This document shows, piece by piece, positions 12,749 through 24,229 of a DNA stretch of 38,589 nucleotides. This DNA comes from Lama guanicoe (Eukaryota). The stretch covers positions 1,320,112 to 1,358,700 of the forward strand of contig MU053792.1 of assembly GCA_013239625.1 (NCBI GenBank), written 5' to 3'. Both the position numbers and the translations under genes were made by a program. Position 1 is the stretch's first letter. Every line of letters begins with the position of its first letter. Under the pieces are notes generated by a model. It was not told the DNA's origin. It was given only the letters and a program-made list of their open reading frames with translations, and ran no database searches.

Positions 12749-12785
12749 AGTGAATAGGAGTTCTGAAAGATGATGCTTTAAGCAG
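12749..12785 (+). pseudogene. ANKRD26: ANKRD26-family micro-exon (VDESSEDSLSR-like), frameshifted
   Basis: Acceptor ttttttctttcag| and donor ttaagcag|gtagga. Reads VNRSSE(+1 A)DDALSR. As written the extra base produces TGA. Confidence 0.7.
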
Positions 12786-12859
12786 GTAGGATTTTATGCA
12801 TTTTTAAAAATTGTATGTTCACTAAGGGAACACAGAGAAAAGAAACTTAACATTTGATG

Positions 12860-13075
12860 ACTGTTCTGCTCTAGGTTAGACACTGTGTTATGTGCTTCAC
12901 ATCTGTTACCTCACACAGTCATCACAACAGCTGTGCTGTTACAGCTGACTTTTCACTCATTAGGCAACTCTGGTTCAGGGGGGTTGACTGACTGTGACCC
13001 ATGGTTCCATAGGTCACAGGTAGCTGACCTGTGACTTGACCGCCAGACAGCCTGGCTCCCAAATCTGCTTTCTTG
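12860..13075 (-). mobile_element. MIR fragment
   Basis: gtgcttcacatctgttacctca...ggtcacaggtagctg...cagcctggctcccaaatc. Confidence 0.5.
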
Positions 13076-13152
13076 TCCCTCAGCAGAGATTTTCTGTTTG
13101 TTTGGTTAAAGAAACAAAATCACTCATTTCTGTTGTGTATTTTTGCTCTAAG

Positions 13153-13223
13153 GGCTTCCCAACAAACCTGATCTTGATGACTTGTGGCCTTCATCAGATG
13201 AAGACTCAGATTTTGAGACCAAG
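13153..13223 (+). pseudogene. ANKRD26: ANKRD26-family exon (LSGKPGVDDSWPTSDDEDLNFDTK-like)
   Basis: Translates LPNKPDLDDLWPSSDEDSDFETK with donor aag|gtaaag. Acceptor taag|gg has one apparent extra G. Confidence 0.8.
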
Positions 13224-16200
13224 GTAAAGTGTTCTCTTGAAATTAATTCTTATCTGAATTTAGTTTTGTGTAGTATTTACTCTTAAAATTGAGCAGTGGT
13301 CTACCTATGACTGTTTTATGTTTGTGTTGGAAGTTAGGTCAGAGTAAACTGTTTTATAAAAACAAGACTAACTGAATTTTCTTTTTACTTTGCTAAATAC
13401 TGAAGACAGGGTCTGAGGACAAAGTGGAGTAGAAAACATACAGTGACAGGAAAATTGTGTTGGGAAAAGTTCTCCCATGATGGAGGAAGCATGAAATGTT
13501 GCCAAGGAGTCGGAGTCTTACTCTGCCTTTTAAACCATCCTGACGTGACTTTTGTAACACTCATGCCTAAATGAACTCTGGTGATTTCAGGTTTATTTGC
13601 AACAAACGTGCTGGTTTCTGGGAGCTAAGCTGTGAGCCTCGGGGTGGATGGTGGGGGTGCAGGGCTGCAGACTCCTCTTTAACTCCTGCACCACTGTTAG
13701 AAGGGCCGTTATGTTTATGGCATGAGCCCCTTCCAGGGCTTAACAGTAGCTGCAAACAGCAGGTCTAAGCTGACGTGGCCCTCCTGGGAGAAAGGCAGGG
13801 GATGTCCACGTGCAGAGCCAGCTCTGCTTTTTTCTGTGTGGTTTGTGCGCTGGCCACACCTGTGGTAAGAGCCTTGGTCAGGCAGCCCTTCAAGGGGTCC
13901 CTCACTCTCAGCCCACTATCGGGGGGAGCGCCCATTTCTGGCAGTTCCCACACTTGCCACGAGGAGCTTCAGTTGGGTGACTTAGGGAACACGTCTCCGG
14001 ATTTGGCGCTGACGGTTCCCCATGCTGGGCTGGACTGTGTGTGTTCTTGAAGGCTCTGCCTTCCTTGGAGCATCTCCAAGGAGTTCAGGTCACCAGTCCG
14101 ATGAGGACAGCTTCTGTGGCCTGTGCCATCTGGCCTTCCAGGACAGCTGCACGGTGACTTCTCTGGAGAGCCGGCCTGGCCCACTTGCGGGATCTGGCGG
14201 TGGTGGACTCACTCTCTGCTTGAGAATGGCTCCTGGTGGGCTGATGGGCTCAGGAAGTCGGGACCCCACCTCTCTCCCAGGAGTAAGTGCCTCCATGAGG
14301 AACATGGGATTTGTTTGTAGCCAAGAAGGGTACCTGCTTTGAGGGAAGTTTAGGAAGTAAATCTAAAGGATGTGGGACCATCACTGCACAGCCTCCGGGG
14401 CTGGGGCGGGGCAGCCAGTCTGGAAAGGAAACCGGTACCCAGGGCAGCACGACCTGGCCGTGGGTGGGCAGCAGGGATGGAGACTTCTGGTCCTGCAACT
14501 TCATTGATGTCAAGTTGGACCTGAAATTGTCACTTCCACTTCATTTCCAGTTCTGTATTTGTCAAACCAAGAAATCCCTCTTTGAAGTGGTTTCTGTCCA
14601 GCCACCATATGGGATGTAAGGGCTTTTATTTCCCTAAAAATTTCCTCTTACAGCTCTCATTGTGGGGTGACATTTGTTGCTAAAAAGGAATAAACATTTG
14701 CAACCAGCCCATGCTAGTTACAGCAAAAAATTTTTAAAGTAACTTTGTGAATCTCAGTGGTCATTGTCTTTGAAATATGTGCTATGCTCTGCACAAAAGA
14801 GAAAAAATAATGAAACGATCTCCTAGAGCCCATGGAGGATGTATTCTAAGCCAGGCAACATAAAGTGATCATCTTAACGCTTCATGGAAATTTGCCCTAA
14901 GATTCTCGCATGATGCCAGCCAGCAGCTTTATACTGGCCGTGTGGGTAGCGGTCGGGAGGGAGGGTTCTGGAGTTACCTGGCTTGGGTGGCTGGATGGCT
15001 CTGGCGGTCTGTTTGCCCTCATTATGGTTTAGTCCTCTCATCTCTAAGCGAGGGATGGATGGAATGTTAATGCAACAGTGTTGTCAGGAGGATTACATTA
15101 ATTGATGACTAAGGCAGAACAGAGCACGTGGTAAATAATCACTATGTGTCCACCAGTATGATCAGGAAGAAATAAATTCAGGGTCCAGTTTGAGCCGTCC
15201 TGCACTGGGCATAATCAAGCCATTTGCTGACTTACCATAAAACTTAGGTGTTTGTTATTTCTAGTGTTTTTTTACTTGTTTACATATGGTTTGCCACCAC
15301 TTTCCAAACAGCATTTTGGCTCAGCTTAACCACAGAAGGACAAGGCAGAAATATAAAAGAGAAACAAACAATCAGAGCAAAGGAATACGGTAAGCACAAG
15401 GGTTACTCTAGTCCTTTGACATCAACTCTGAGTCTGAGTTTCCTGGCAGGCAAATCACAAAACCATGAAACACAAGCCCTGATGGGGGCACACTGCATGC
15501 ACATTTTTCAGGGAGGACAAGATTTTCTCTAGTGCTAAGTTGTAAAAGATGCTCTCATGGTAGACTTAGTTTAAAGGGGTCGGTTTACATAACATACATC
15601 AGTTGTACAAATACAGAGTGTTTTTCATGGTTGTATCTTACAGCAGACTTGGAAGGAAGCCAAAAGCAAACCGTGCATACACAACCCACGAGAGGGTATA
15701 ATGACCTTTTCCTCATATTTCCAGGATCTCTGCAGGACCAGATGGGAAACTGGGTTTCAGGAGCTGGTCTTTGGGCTCTGGCTGTCCCCCAGTCTCCTTC
15801 AGTTTAGTGTCTGTATCTCTGGTGGATAACTTGGATTTCTTGGTCTTGTGTTCCTTCTTTTTTCCCACAGTGCTTTCAGGGAGATGCCTAGGAATGTGTC
15901 TCAGCCGGAGATGGGGGCTCTTGTCCTGAGTGTGACTGTTGTCCCCCTGCTGTTGCTTCCTCCCAGTCTCCCCACCCCACACCTTCAGGAGGGTGGTCCC
16001 TGTCCCTGTGTACCTGTGATGGTGCCTGCCAGCTGTGAGCACCTTGTCTGTCTGTCCTCCTCCCTCTGGAAGCACGGTTAGAGGTAGGGTGCCTGGCCAT
16101 ATCATCCCTGGGTCCCCCTAACCGCCTACGGCTGTGAAGGAACTGCGAGCCAGGGAAGTGTGGGCTCCACCTCCCACACTGACCTCCACTGTCTCTCCTC

Positions 16201-16576
16201 ACTGGTCCCTGCTGTCCCTGCCTGGTGGGAGGACTCACCATCTCATCCCCGTGTCCTGATTCGGACGCACAGCGGCGAGACCCTGTGCTCTTGCTCACTT
16301 GTCACCATTTCTTTCTTGTGTTTTCCCCGTGTTTACCCTCCCAGACCTGGTTGAAGGGTGTGTCCCCTGTGGTATGAGAATGGATGCTTCAGCTTGGTCA
16401 CCCTGGGGGTCCTTTGTGCCTCTCAAGGACACTCCTGGGGAGATCCTGCTCCCACTCGTGCCTGGAGAAATGGGGAGCTGGACAGCCTTGGCAACCTCCC
16501 ACTTCCCCAGAGTGTTTTAGATCCTATCACTCGATAAGTATTTGAGAGAATGAGCAAATCCCCAACCAGCTGACCC

Positions 16577-16762
16577 TTCGCTCCCTCCAGAGGTTCCTCA
16601 GTCACATGCCTTTCCTCTTGCTTCTCTGGCTTGTGTGAGTCTCTCTGAGATACAGACCTTACGAGCACAAGTTCGCTCCCTCCAGAGGTTCCTCAGTCAC
16701 ATGCCTTTCCTCTTCTCTGGCTTGTGTGAGTCTCTCTGAGATACAGACCTTACGAGCACAAG
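16577..16762 (+). repeat. Tandem duplication, 95 + 91 bp
   Basis: 16577-16671 and 16672-16762. Copy 2 lacks 4 bp. Confidence 0.95.
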
Positions 16763-17597
16763 TGGATTTGCCTGTTTTATGAAACTTTGGCCTCTTCAAA
16801 AATAATCTCCATTTTCCTGCATTCTTTGTAATATTTTGACAGTTTCTGGACAAATTTCTGATTGTTTTCTGATTATATTAAAAACTTAATATAGAATTTA
16901 TATTATAGATAATGTAGAAATTTTCATAAGTAGTTGAATGGTGTACTTTGAAACTTCCATTGTGGCCGCTGTATCGCATTCCTTAGTCTACAACATAACT
17001 GTCACTTACATGTGGGTGTTTGGTGCCCACTTCTGCTGGTGAGACTGACATTTTCTGAGCTCATACTCTGTGTCACGTGCCCTGCGAGTATGGTATGTGC
17101 ACTGGCTTGTTCACGGCACCAGCCCCGTGAGATCAGCCCCTTAGAAGAGGGGCCAAACTAGGAGGAAGGTCAGTCCTATGTGGGGTCTGGTGGAGCCGGC
17201 TCTGTAGCCGCTGTCCCCAGGGCCCTCGCTGCAGTGTGCTGTGTCTGGGTCAGGGCAGGTGCCGACCCAGGGACCTGCATGCAGTGCTTGCTGAGCGAGG
17301 GGACAGAATCAAAGTACTAACACTCCTTATCTGGGGGTGCCGAGCCTAGAGGTGGTTTTGGTTTCTTTTTCTTTTTTTCCTGTTTGCATCAGACAAAGTG
17401 GCCTCTGCAGGACTGTCCGTTAACTCCTAATGAGGCTGGGGCAGAATGTGCGAGAACCCGTTCTCCTCGCCTGCCTTCTCTGTGGCTTTCTCTGGTGGCT
17501 TGACCCTCCACGTTGCAGAGGGTCATCACCATTCAAGGCTGTCATTCTCAGGTGTGACAGATGGTGAAACATAACCTCACACACGAATTTTTTCTAG

Positions 17598-17810
17598 TGT
17601 TATTTTTTACATTGAAGTATAGTCAGTTACAGTGTGTCAGTTTCTGGTGTACATCATAATGTCTCAGTCATGCATATATATACATATGTTAATTTTCATA
17701 TTCTTTTCCGATAAAGATTACTACAATATATTGAATATAGTTCCCTGTGCTATACAGAAAAATGTTTTTTTAATCTGTTTTTAACATTTGCAAATCTCAA
17801 ACTCCCAAAT
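17598..17810 (-). mobile_element. Short L1 3' end fragment
   Basis: attgaagtatagtcagttacagtgtgtcagtttctggtgtaca...atatagttccctgtgctatacag. Confidence 0.75.
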
Positions 17811-18684
17811 TTGCAAGTCTTGTCCAAGTTAGCCACTGTAGCTCAGCTCGCTCGTCATGAGGATGAGGCCAGTGATCCACTGAGGTTTTTTCTGAAACCC
17901 AGACTGCTCAAGTGCATGGTGCTTGGTGGGAAACATCTGGACTATGCTAGTGCGTCCAGCCATCCGGATGTGCACCTGCTGCGGGCAGCCTACCATTTTC
18001 ACGTGATTTTAATTAGTATGGCATAAACATCTGAACTCAGTAGACAGTTAACAAAGCACCTGAATTTTCTTTCAACAGGATAGCGAGATGGCCTTAAGCA
18101 ATGAATTAAAAAAAAAAAAAGCCTTCAAAGTCCATAACCGAAGGATATTGAAGATGCTTCATTCCAACAGGCTGGAATCAGGGAGAGGACTGGGACACCC
18201 TGCCTGAGTGTGGCTTGGCAGGGCGTCCTGTCATGTAGTCTGCACAGCTAATGCTGGTTGAGGAGCAGTTTTGGAGGGGGAAACCAAAAAGCTTTAAATC
18301 TTTAGCTGAATCATTTTAACGTGCTTCTAAAGCAAGTAAAAAGCATCTGTAAAAAGGTGAGAATAATACTGAGTGCCCTCTAGTATTACACAGTTCTTTG
18401 CTGTGTTTTCAAGGTCCCTTGCAGCTCACTTAGGACTAATGCCTTTTCGGAGAAGAGATCCGTGAGACGTGTTTTGGATGAAATTTCGCAGTGCTGGCCA
18501 CTTGCCAGTTGGAATATCTTTTTAAGGTCACCAGTTTAAGGCTTAAAATCCTTTTTATGATGTAAGGGGCCTAGTTTACATTTAAAATGATCCCCTAAGA
18601 TACATTTTACACTTTCATGTTGGAACGCATTTCCAGATCTTGGCAAAGTTCTCAAACAACTCCCCCGTAGAAAGAGCTTTTTCT

Positions 18685-18817
18685 NNNNNNNNNNNNNNNN
18701 NNNNNNNNNNNNNNNNNNNNNNNNNNNNNNNNNNNNNNNNNNNNNNNNNNNNNNNNNNNNNNNNNNNNNNNNNNNNNNNNNNNNNNNNNNNNNNNNNNNN
18801 NNNNNNNNNNNNNNNNN
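18685..18817. other. Assembly gap (133 N)
   Basis: Run of N. Confidence 1.
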
Positions 18818-18845
18818 AAGGAGGTCGTGGGAAGAGGCGAGACCG
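18818..18845 (+). pseudogene. COL12A1: 3' end of a COL12A1 FN3 exon emerging from the assembly gap
   Basis: Reads EGGR..GRGET then |gtaagt, against recalled COL12A1 EGGRMTGRGKT. It is in the expected order before the next exon. Confidence 0.7.
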
Positions 18846-18975
18846 GTAAGTGAACCTGGACTCTGTGGCTGTGTCAGTAACCGTCGTGGGGATGGAGTCA
18901 CATCTTCCACTGCAAACACTGGGGTGGCACGGAGTTTAGTTAACCTTTAAAAATGCATGTTAGTAATGATCTTCA

Positions 18976-19124
18976 TTGTTTCTGGTTTTGGTGGTGGTGG
19001 TGGTGGTGGGGGCGGGGGGTAATTAGGCTTTATTTATTTGTGTTTAATGGAGATACTGGGGGTTGAACCCAGGACCTCGTGCACACTAAGCACACACTCT
19101 ACCCCGGAGCTATACCCTCCCCCC
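18976..19124 (-). mobile_element. tRNA-derived SINE, camelid Vic-1 type
   Basis: Minus strand reads ggggggagggtatagctccggggtagagtgtgtgcttagtgtgcacgaggtcctgggttcaacccccagtatctcc...aaataaataaagcctaattacccccc, with A and B boxes and the characteristic tail. Confidence 0.85.
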
Positions 19125-19426
19125 AAGAGCTAAATTGTCTTTAATATCCTTACTGCAGTTATCTGTCTCTGGTCTTGGAGAAAGGTGTTTATTACCTTTT
19201 AGGATAACAGAGACAATGCTGTGAGGCCACAATACCTTGTGGAGGGATGAGACATGTACCAGATGATCCCAGACCTTTTTTCCTTTATTCACTACTTCAA
19301 CAGATATTTGTGGGGTGCCTACTAAAGGGGTCCTGCTGTAGGATTCCCGGGACCCCTCAGTAAACCAGGGCTTCATGTGTGCTGGGTTGTTAGGGTCACA
19401 CGTGATGTGCTTTTTGTGCCTTTCAG

Positions 19427-19567
19427 AACCTTTGACTGCCGTGAGGAACCGCAGAATGCATGGCCCTTGCCACCAGCACTTTGCACGTTCTCTGGGACCT
19501 CGCGGAGGGAAATCCTGGTCAGTACAAGCTCATCTCTGGAGTAACAGTAGGTGGTCCGGAGGAACTG
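19427..19567 (+). pseudogene. COL12A1: COL12A1 FN3 exon copy, +1 frameshift
   Basis: Acceptor tttcag|. Reads [13 protein letters not shown](fs)[33 protein letters not shown], against recalled [46 protein letters not shown]. Donor |gtcatt. Confidence 0.88.
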
Positions 19568-19983
19568 GTCATTATTTCCTGTAGGGAAGAGTGCGTATTA
19601 GGTTCAGTTGTAGATTGCAAAGTGGAGATAAAGAGTTAACCAGCTTACCGTAGCGCTGAACGAGGCCATGTTCCTTCAGTAGAACGTGAAGGAGGGCAGT
19701 TGGTTTGGGCCTTAGAGCCCGGGTGATGGGGGCTTTTGGGAGACTGGGGCTGGGGAGTCGAATCATTCCAGGGACTTCTCAGGAAGGAGTGAGGGCATGT
19801 GCAGGTAAGTCTTCATCAACTCTTACAACAGTTTGTATGGGGCACATCCTTAGCTCCCAGTATTACAGAACCTGCATCTTGACTTGGTCTTGAGTTAATA
19901 TTTTGAGTATTTTATTGTTCAAAGTATTATTTCTCGTACAAGATTTTCAAATCAAGTACTTTACATTTTATTAAAATCTTCAG

Positions 19984-20112
19984 GTGCTAATCCCTGGGAA
20001 TCCCAATGATGCTGTTCTTAGGAGTCTGCAGCCGGATGCCCTGTACATGTTACAGTGGTTCCCCTTTATCCTGAGGGTGATGGAGGGCATACAGTAGGCA
20101 CTGGAAGGACAT
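19984..20112 (+). pseudogene. COL12A1: COL12A1 FN3 exon copy, -1 frameshift, donor mutated
   Basis: Reads VLIPGNPNDAVLRSLQPDALY(fs)VTVVPLYPEGDGGHTVGTGRT, against recalled [43 protein letters not shown]. Donor is ggaagt rather than gtaagt. Confidence 0.9.
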
Positions 20113-21322
20113 GGAAGTAAGAAGACAGAAAAATTTAGCATTTTCATGATGCATTTTGCTTTTTAGTATAGTGTAAAGTGTAAAGAAATTTTGGGGATTC
20201 ATTATGATGGAATAAAAATGTAACAATTACCCATAGTTTACCTCCTAACACCACCAGTTGTTAATATTTTAGTGTATGAAATAAAAATGAATGACATTTT
20301 TCTGAAATGATAGCTTCAGGATTCTTAAGTGTGTATACAGTTACCAGTATTCTCTGTCACTGACAAAAAGTTCATGAGCTTTGCTTTGTGCTTGATAAAT
20401 CTGTGTGAAGCAGTGTTTTGTCACTGGCTTTCAGTGTCAGTTGTTGAAATCTGTTGGTCATATTAATTGATAGCACATGTCTGCTGATGAAGTGCTTTTT
20501 GGCTTTGAAAATTTATGTGCTTTTATTTTCTATTGACATTTTGAGAAACCAGTTTATAGTGGTTTTACAGTTCTTTGTAGTATTGTTTAAAGGCTTTGGT
20601 GCATACCTCTAAATATTTTGTTGGCTTAAAAACATAGGTGCTGATGGCTTAAAGAAAGCAAGTGGATGACTTCTTTTGGCAAAAGATTAGTGATCTAGAA
20701 AAATGATGTTATTGCTAAACTGGAGTTTGGAGTTAATACATGGATTTAATTTGCATGTCTTTCTAAGTCCCTTTTGGGGCAGTTAATTGCGAACTGAGAA
20801 ACTGAGTTTTGATTTCTCCCTATGTTTTCCTTTTCTTTGAATCACAGAAGACATTCAGTGTCTGTTTGTTGAATGAGAAGAAATGAATGATTGAAACTGG
20901 CTAACCTAGCTTCCCGGATTAAATGGGCGTCCTCGGTGTTGTCAGTTCTCATTTAGAGGCGGAGATGGTAGAATCCTCTTGTCTCTCTCTCCATGACCTC
21001 TGCTGGAAAGCTGCAGCTGCTTTTCCAATTTCTTGCGCCTCATCCCTTGTCCTTTTTTGGCCAACCCAAAGTACCACTACTTTTACTCCCTTGTTTTTAT
21101 TGGCAACAACTTAGCGTCTGTAGAGACCAAGACCCTAGTTGGCTAAGTTTGGCTAAATTTGGGTTTGGAGGGTTTTAATCTGCTTTTGTGTGTAGATAAT
21201 TCAAAGTTTAAGGAGGACAGTATTTTATCCTGCTGCACAGTGGAAGTTCAGGAAGAGTGATAACAAAAGCTCGACACGTGTAAATAGATGTAAGAAATGT
21301 GTGTTGGCTTTCCTTTCCTCAG

Positions 21323-21462
21323 TGGTTAGAAGACTGGCCAGAAATGTCCAAGTGTACAGTCCGATGCCAAACAGCCAGGACGTTGGCTGGACCCCGCCCC
21401 TGGCCAGTGCAACAGCACTGCATGTGTGTGCTCCCCTGGCTGGCACAAGGCCCCCGGAACCT
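21323..21462 (+). pseudogene. COL12A1: COL12A1 FN3 exon copy with three compensating 1-bp deletions
   Basis: Acceptor tttcctttcctcag| and donor |gtaagt. Reads [22 protein letters not shown]...APLAGTRPPEP, against recalled [47 protein letters not shown]. Confidence 0.9.
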
Positions 21463-22516
21463 GTAAGTACTGTTGTCATCTCAGAGCTGGCAGAAGAATT
21501 TTGTAGATTTTACGGCGCCTCCTGCTGTGGTTGTGGCGCAGGGCAGTAGATGAGTTGGTGTGGCGCTGGGTCACGTGCACACTCATTTCCTGATGAACTT
21601 AGTCTCGTGTTTGTGTCGTGCTTGGCAGCCTGTGAGAATGCAGGCCACAAACATGCCCACGTACAATGCTTAAGTGATTGCTTTTGATGAATTAAATCGT
21701 AAGGGTATTAACTAACTGTAGGGTTAGTAAGCAAAAATGAATTTGGGGAAAATGCAAATTAGCTATATGGGTTAAAAAACCCCAGTAGTAAATGGAAGTC
21801 ATTGACCTTGTCAGTATGGGCTTTCATTGTAACACACATGTCTTTGTTTGGAACCTACCTGAGTTTGCCTTCATTGGCTCTTAGCAGATTGCCCATCTGT
21901 CTTGGTACTATTCTGTTTTCTAAGTGGATTAATAATACAGAGAACAGAAATTACTAATTTGAGTAGGGAGAGTATCAGAACACGTGAGGGAAAGTAAATT
22001 CATGAGACTTTACAAGAAGAAGCAGGGACCGTGAACAAAGATAAACAGACACTGAGCCTGTTGCAGTGTTGATTTGCACCCTTGTGTGTGGCAGGGCATG
22101 TTCAGACAACACTGCCCTTAGCCATCGCATGGAGAAGCTCTCCATTTTAATAAAAAAAATCTCTCCCTGAGTAGTGTAGCTTATGTGTACGTGTCTCTAA
22201 CATTTGGGATGCTTTGGGGTCACTGTTGTAAACCCTGGATGTTGTATGTGAGAACCTTCCCCAGGAAACTAAATGGGAGGTTGTTGAGGTTGCTAAGGGT
22301 CAAGTGTGGACTGACATTTAGTGGAGAGAGAATTTCCGAGGGTAAAGTGCATCTAATGCTGTGGCCTGGGTGGATGTCACGAGGTTGCACAGAGGTTGGC
22401 TTCTGCTGTGTCTGGGCTCAGCCCTTTGCTATAAACGCTATTATGCTGACTAATAAGAGACTCGGTAAGCATTTGGGTTGTCATCAGACAGAATTTGTCA
22501 TGTCCTTCCACTCCAG

Positions 22517-22646
22517 ATTGTGGTGCCAGGAAACACCCACATGGGGCACTTGGAGCAGCTGATTCCAGACACACCCTGTTCTGTGAACATCACTGTGCTC
22601 CACTCAGATGGAGAGGGGAATCCCAGCCTCGGCCGGGGCCAAACAC
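22517..22646 (+). pseudogene. COL12A1: COL12A1 FN3 exon copy (130 bp), donor mutated
   Basis: Acceptor ccttccactccag|. Reads [43 protein letters not shown], against recalled [43 protein letters not shown]. Donor reads ttgagg. Confidence 0.92.
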
Positions 22647-23274
22647 TTGAGGCTGAAATCCTTTCCACCCAGTTCCCTTGTGACTCAGTGAGGAAGGCTG
22701 GGCAGGTGAGGGAGGGGTGCTGAGAGCTGCCTCCACCTTGCACAGGTGAGGGGAGGCCTGGTGCCCACTTCTGCCCGGGTCCCCCATGTTCACATTTAGG
22801 CTGAAAGCCCTCTGGGCTGAGTGAGTGTCATCAGGCCATTTTCTCATCTGGGACCTGAGTTAAGGAGAGGTTTCTTCCCTCCTTTTGCCCTGCATTGGGT
22901 CTTCTCACCAACTGGGCACTTTTGAAATTTGAGGGCTTGGCCTCTCTGTTTCATTCAGCAGGAAGTAGTCAGGGTAGTTGAAATCCCTTGCTCTCCCAGT
23001 CTGTGCATTTAGGTTCCAGCCTAGTCTCTGTCTAGGGAAGTTCAGCACATAACCGTAGCTCTGAATGGAGCACTTTCTACTGTTTTCGGGTCCACGTGAG
23101 AAAGGTAGGAGATGCGGATTTTATCACAGGGGAGGAAACACCCCAGAGAGTGGTGAAACCCCTGGGTGCAGTTACTCTGACAATGCATACAGTTCTTTTA
23201 TACCCCTCCCTTCACCCTCATGTCCACCATGCTCACAGACAGGCCACTAACTCTATTGTGTTTTATTTATTTAG

Positions 23275-23415
23275 GACCATGCAGTGGACCGAGGAATCTG
23301 AGTCTTTGGAGAGACAACCAGCAGCCTCTCCGTACACTGGGATCACGCTGATGGGCCAGCTCAGCAGCACAGGATCATTTTTTCTCCCACCGTTGGTGAC
23401 CCAATCGATGAATAT
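23275..23415 (+). pseudogene. COL12A1: COL12A1 FN3 exon copy, -2 frameshift
   Basis: Acceptor ttttatttatttag| and donor |gtgagt. Reads PCSGPRNL(fs)[38 protein letters not shown], against recalled [47 protein letters not shown]. Confidence 0.92.
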
Positions 23416-24229
23416 GTGAGTCCGATATTTGTTCATTTGAGCAGTTTGTAACCTGTTGCCTGGTTGGAGGGTGAAATTAAGATTTCTTCTTTAGAAAGTG
23501 CTGTGATGACTGTTGAATCCTATCTTCTTGTGTGACATTGACAGTGTCCTGTGTTTCTTGTGTGACAGTCACATTTTACGTGGTTTCTTTGACCTGGCCA
23601 ATCGGAATCCTCCCCAGCTTGGGGGTGGTGACGTAGGGCTGTGCTTGGTGGCGCAGTGGGGGCCAAGACTGAGGTAGGAGACCTGGAGCCCCCACTGGAA
23701 GTCCTGGACCCGGGACCCTTCCCCACAGCAGGGGTCACTGTCACCTCCCTGGTGGTCCTGCCTCCTGGCCTCCTGTCTTGGGGCCCTGCTGGGATCCTCT
23801 CACCTGGCCCTGCCTCAGGTGAGTTGCCTTTCAGGAGGTCTGTCAGCCTCCTGGGCTTATTTTTCTTCGTAGTGCCTGCTTACTTCCCTGTTGGTTCTTT
23901 GTGTTTTCTTACATTGATTTGAAGACTTATTTTTAAAATTTCTGTTACCCAGAGCCACTGGGCTCAGAGGCGCTGGACATCTGACCAGGGGCAGTGTGGT
24001 GTGAGTGCCAGCTGCACAGGGAGGCCGATGTTGGGCCCCTGCTGGCCTGTGCACAGCGCCCCACAGCCTGGGCTGGACCCAGCCTGGCTGGGGAGACCTC
24101 ACAGCCCCTGCGGGGTGGCCAGGCACGGCCTCATGAGGCCTGAGGCATTTTTTTAAATGTGGTTAAAGTTAATCTTGTATTGGGTCTTTTCTCCTGTGGA
24201 TACTCATTTCCTCGTCTGGTGTTTGCAGA

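Noticed and set aside
15288..15695. Two possible further ANKRD26-family small exons (donor at 15390; 15644-15695)
   Set aside because: Splice-like signals and A-rich content are present, but the first lacks a clear AG acceptor and I could not match either peptide.
18536..18919. ORFs spanning the N run
   Set aside because: Artefacts of translating through the gap.
19040..19124. tRNA gene on the minus strand
   Set aside because: The A and B boxes belong to a SINE head that is followed by a SINE tail.
18818..23415. The functional COL12A1 gene
   Set aside because: Splice donors are lost, there are frameshifts and many substitutions, and the flanking exons are absent.
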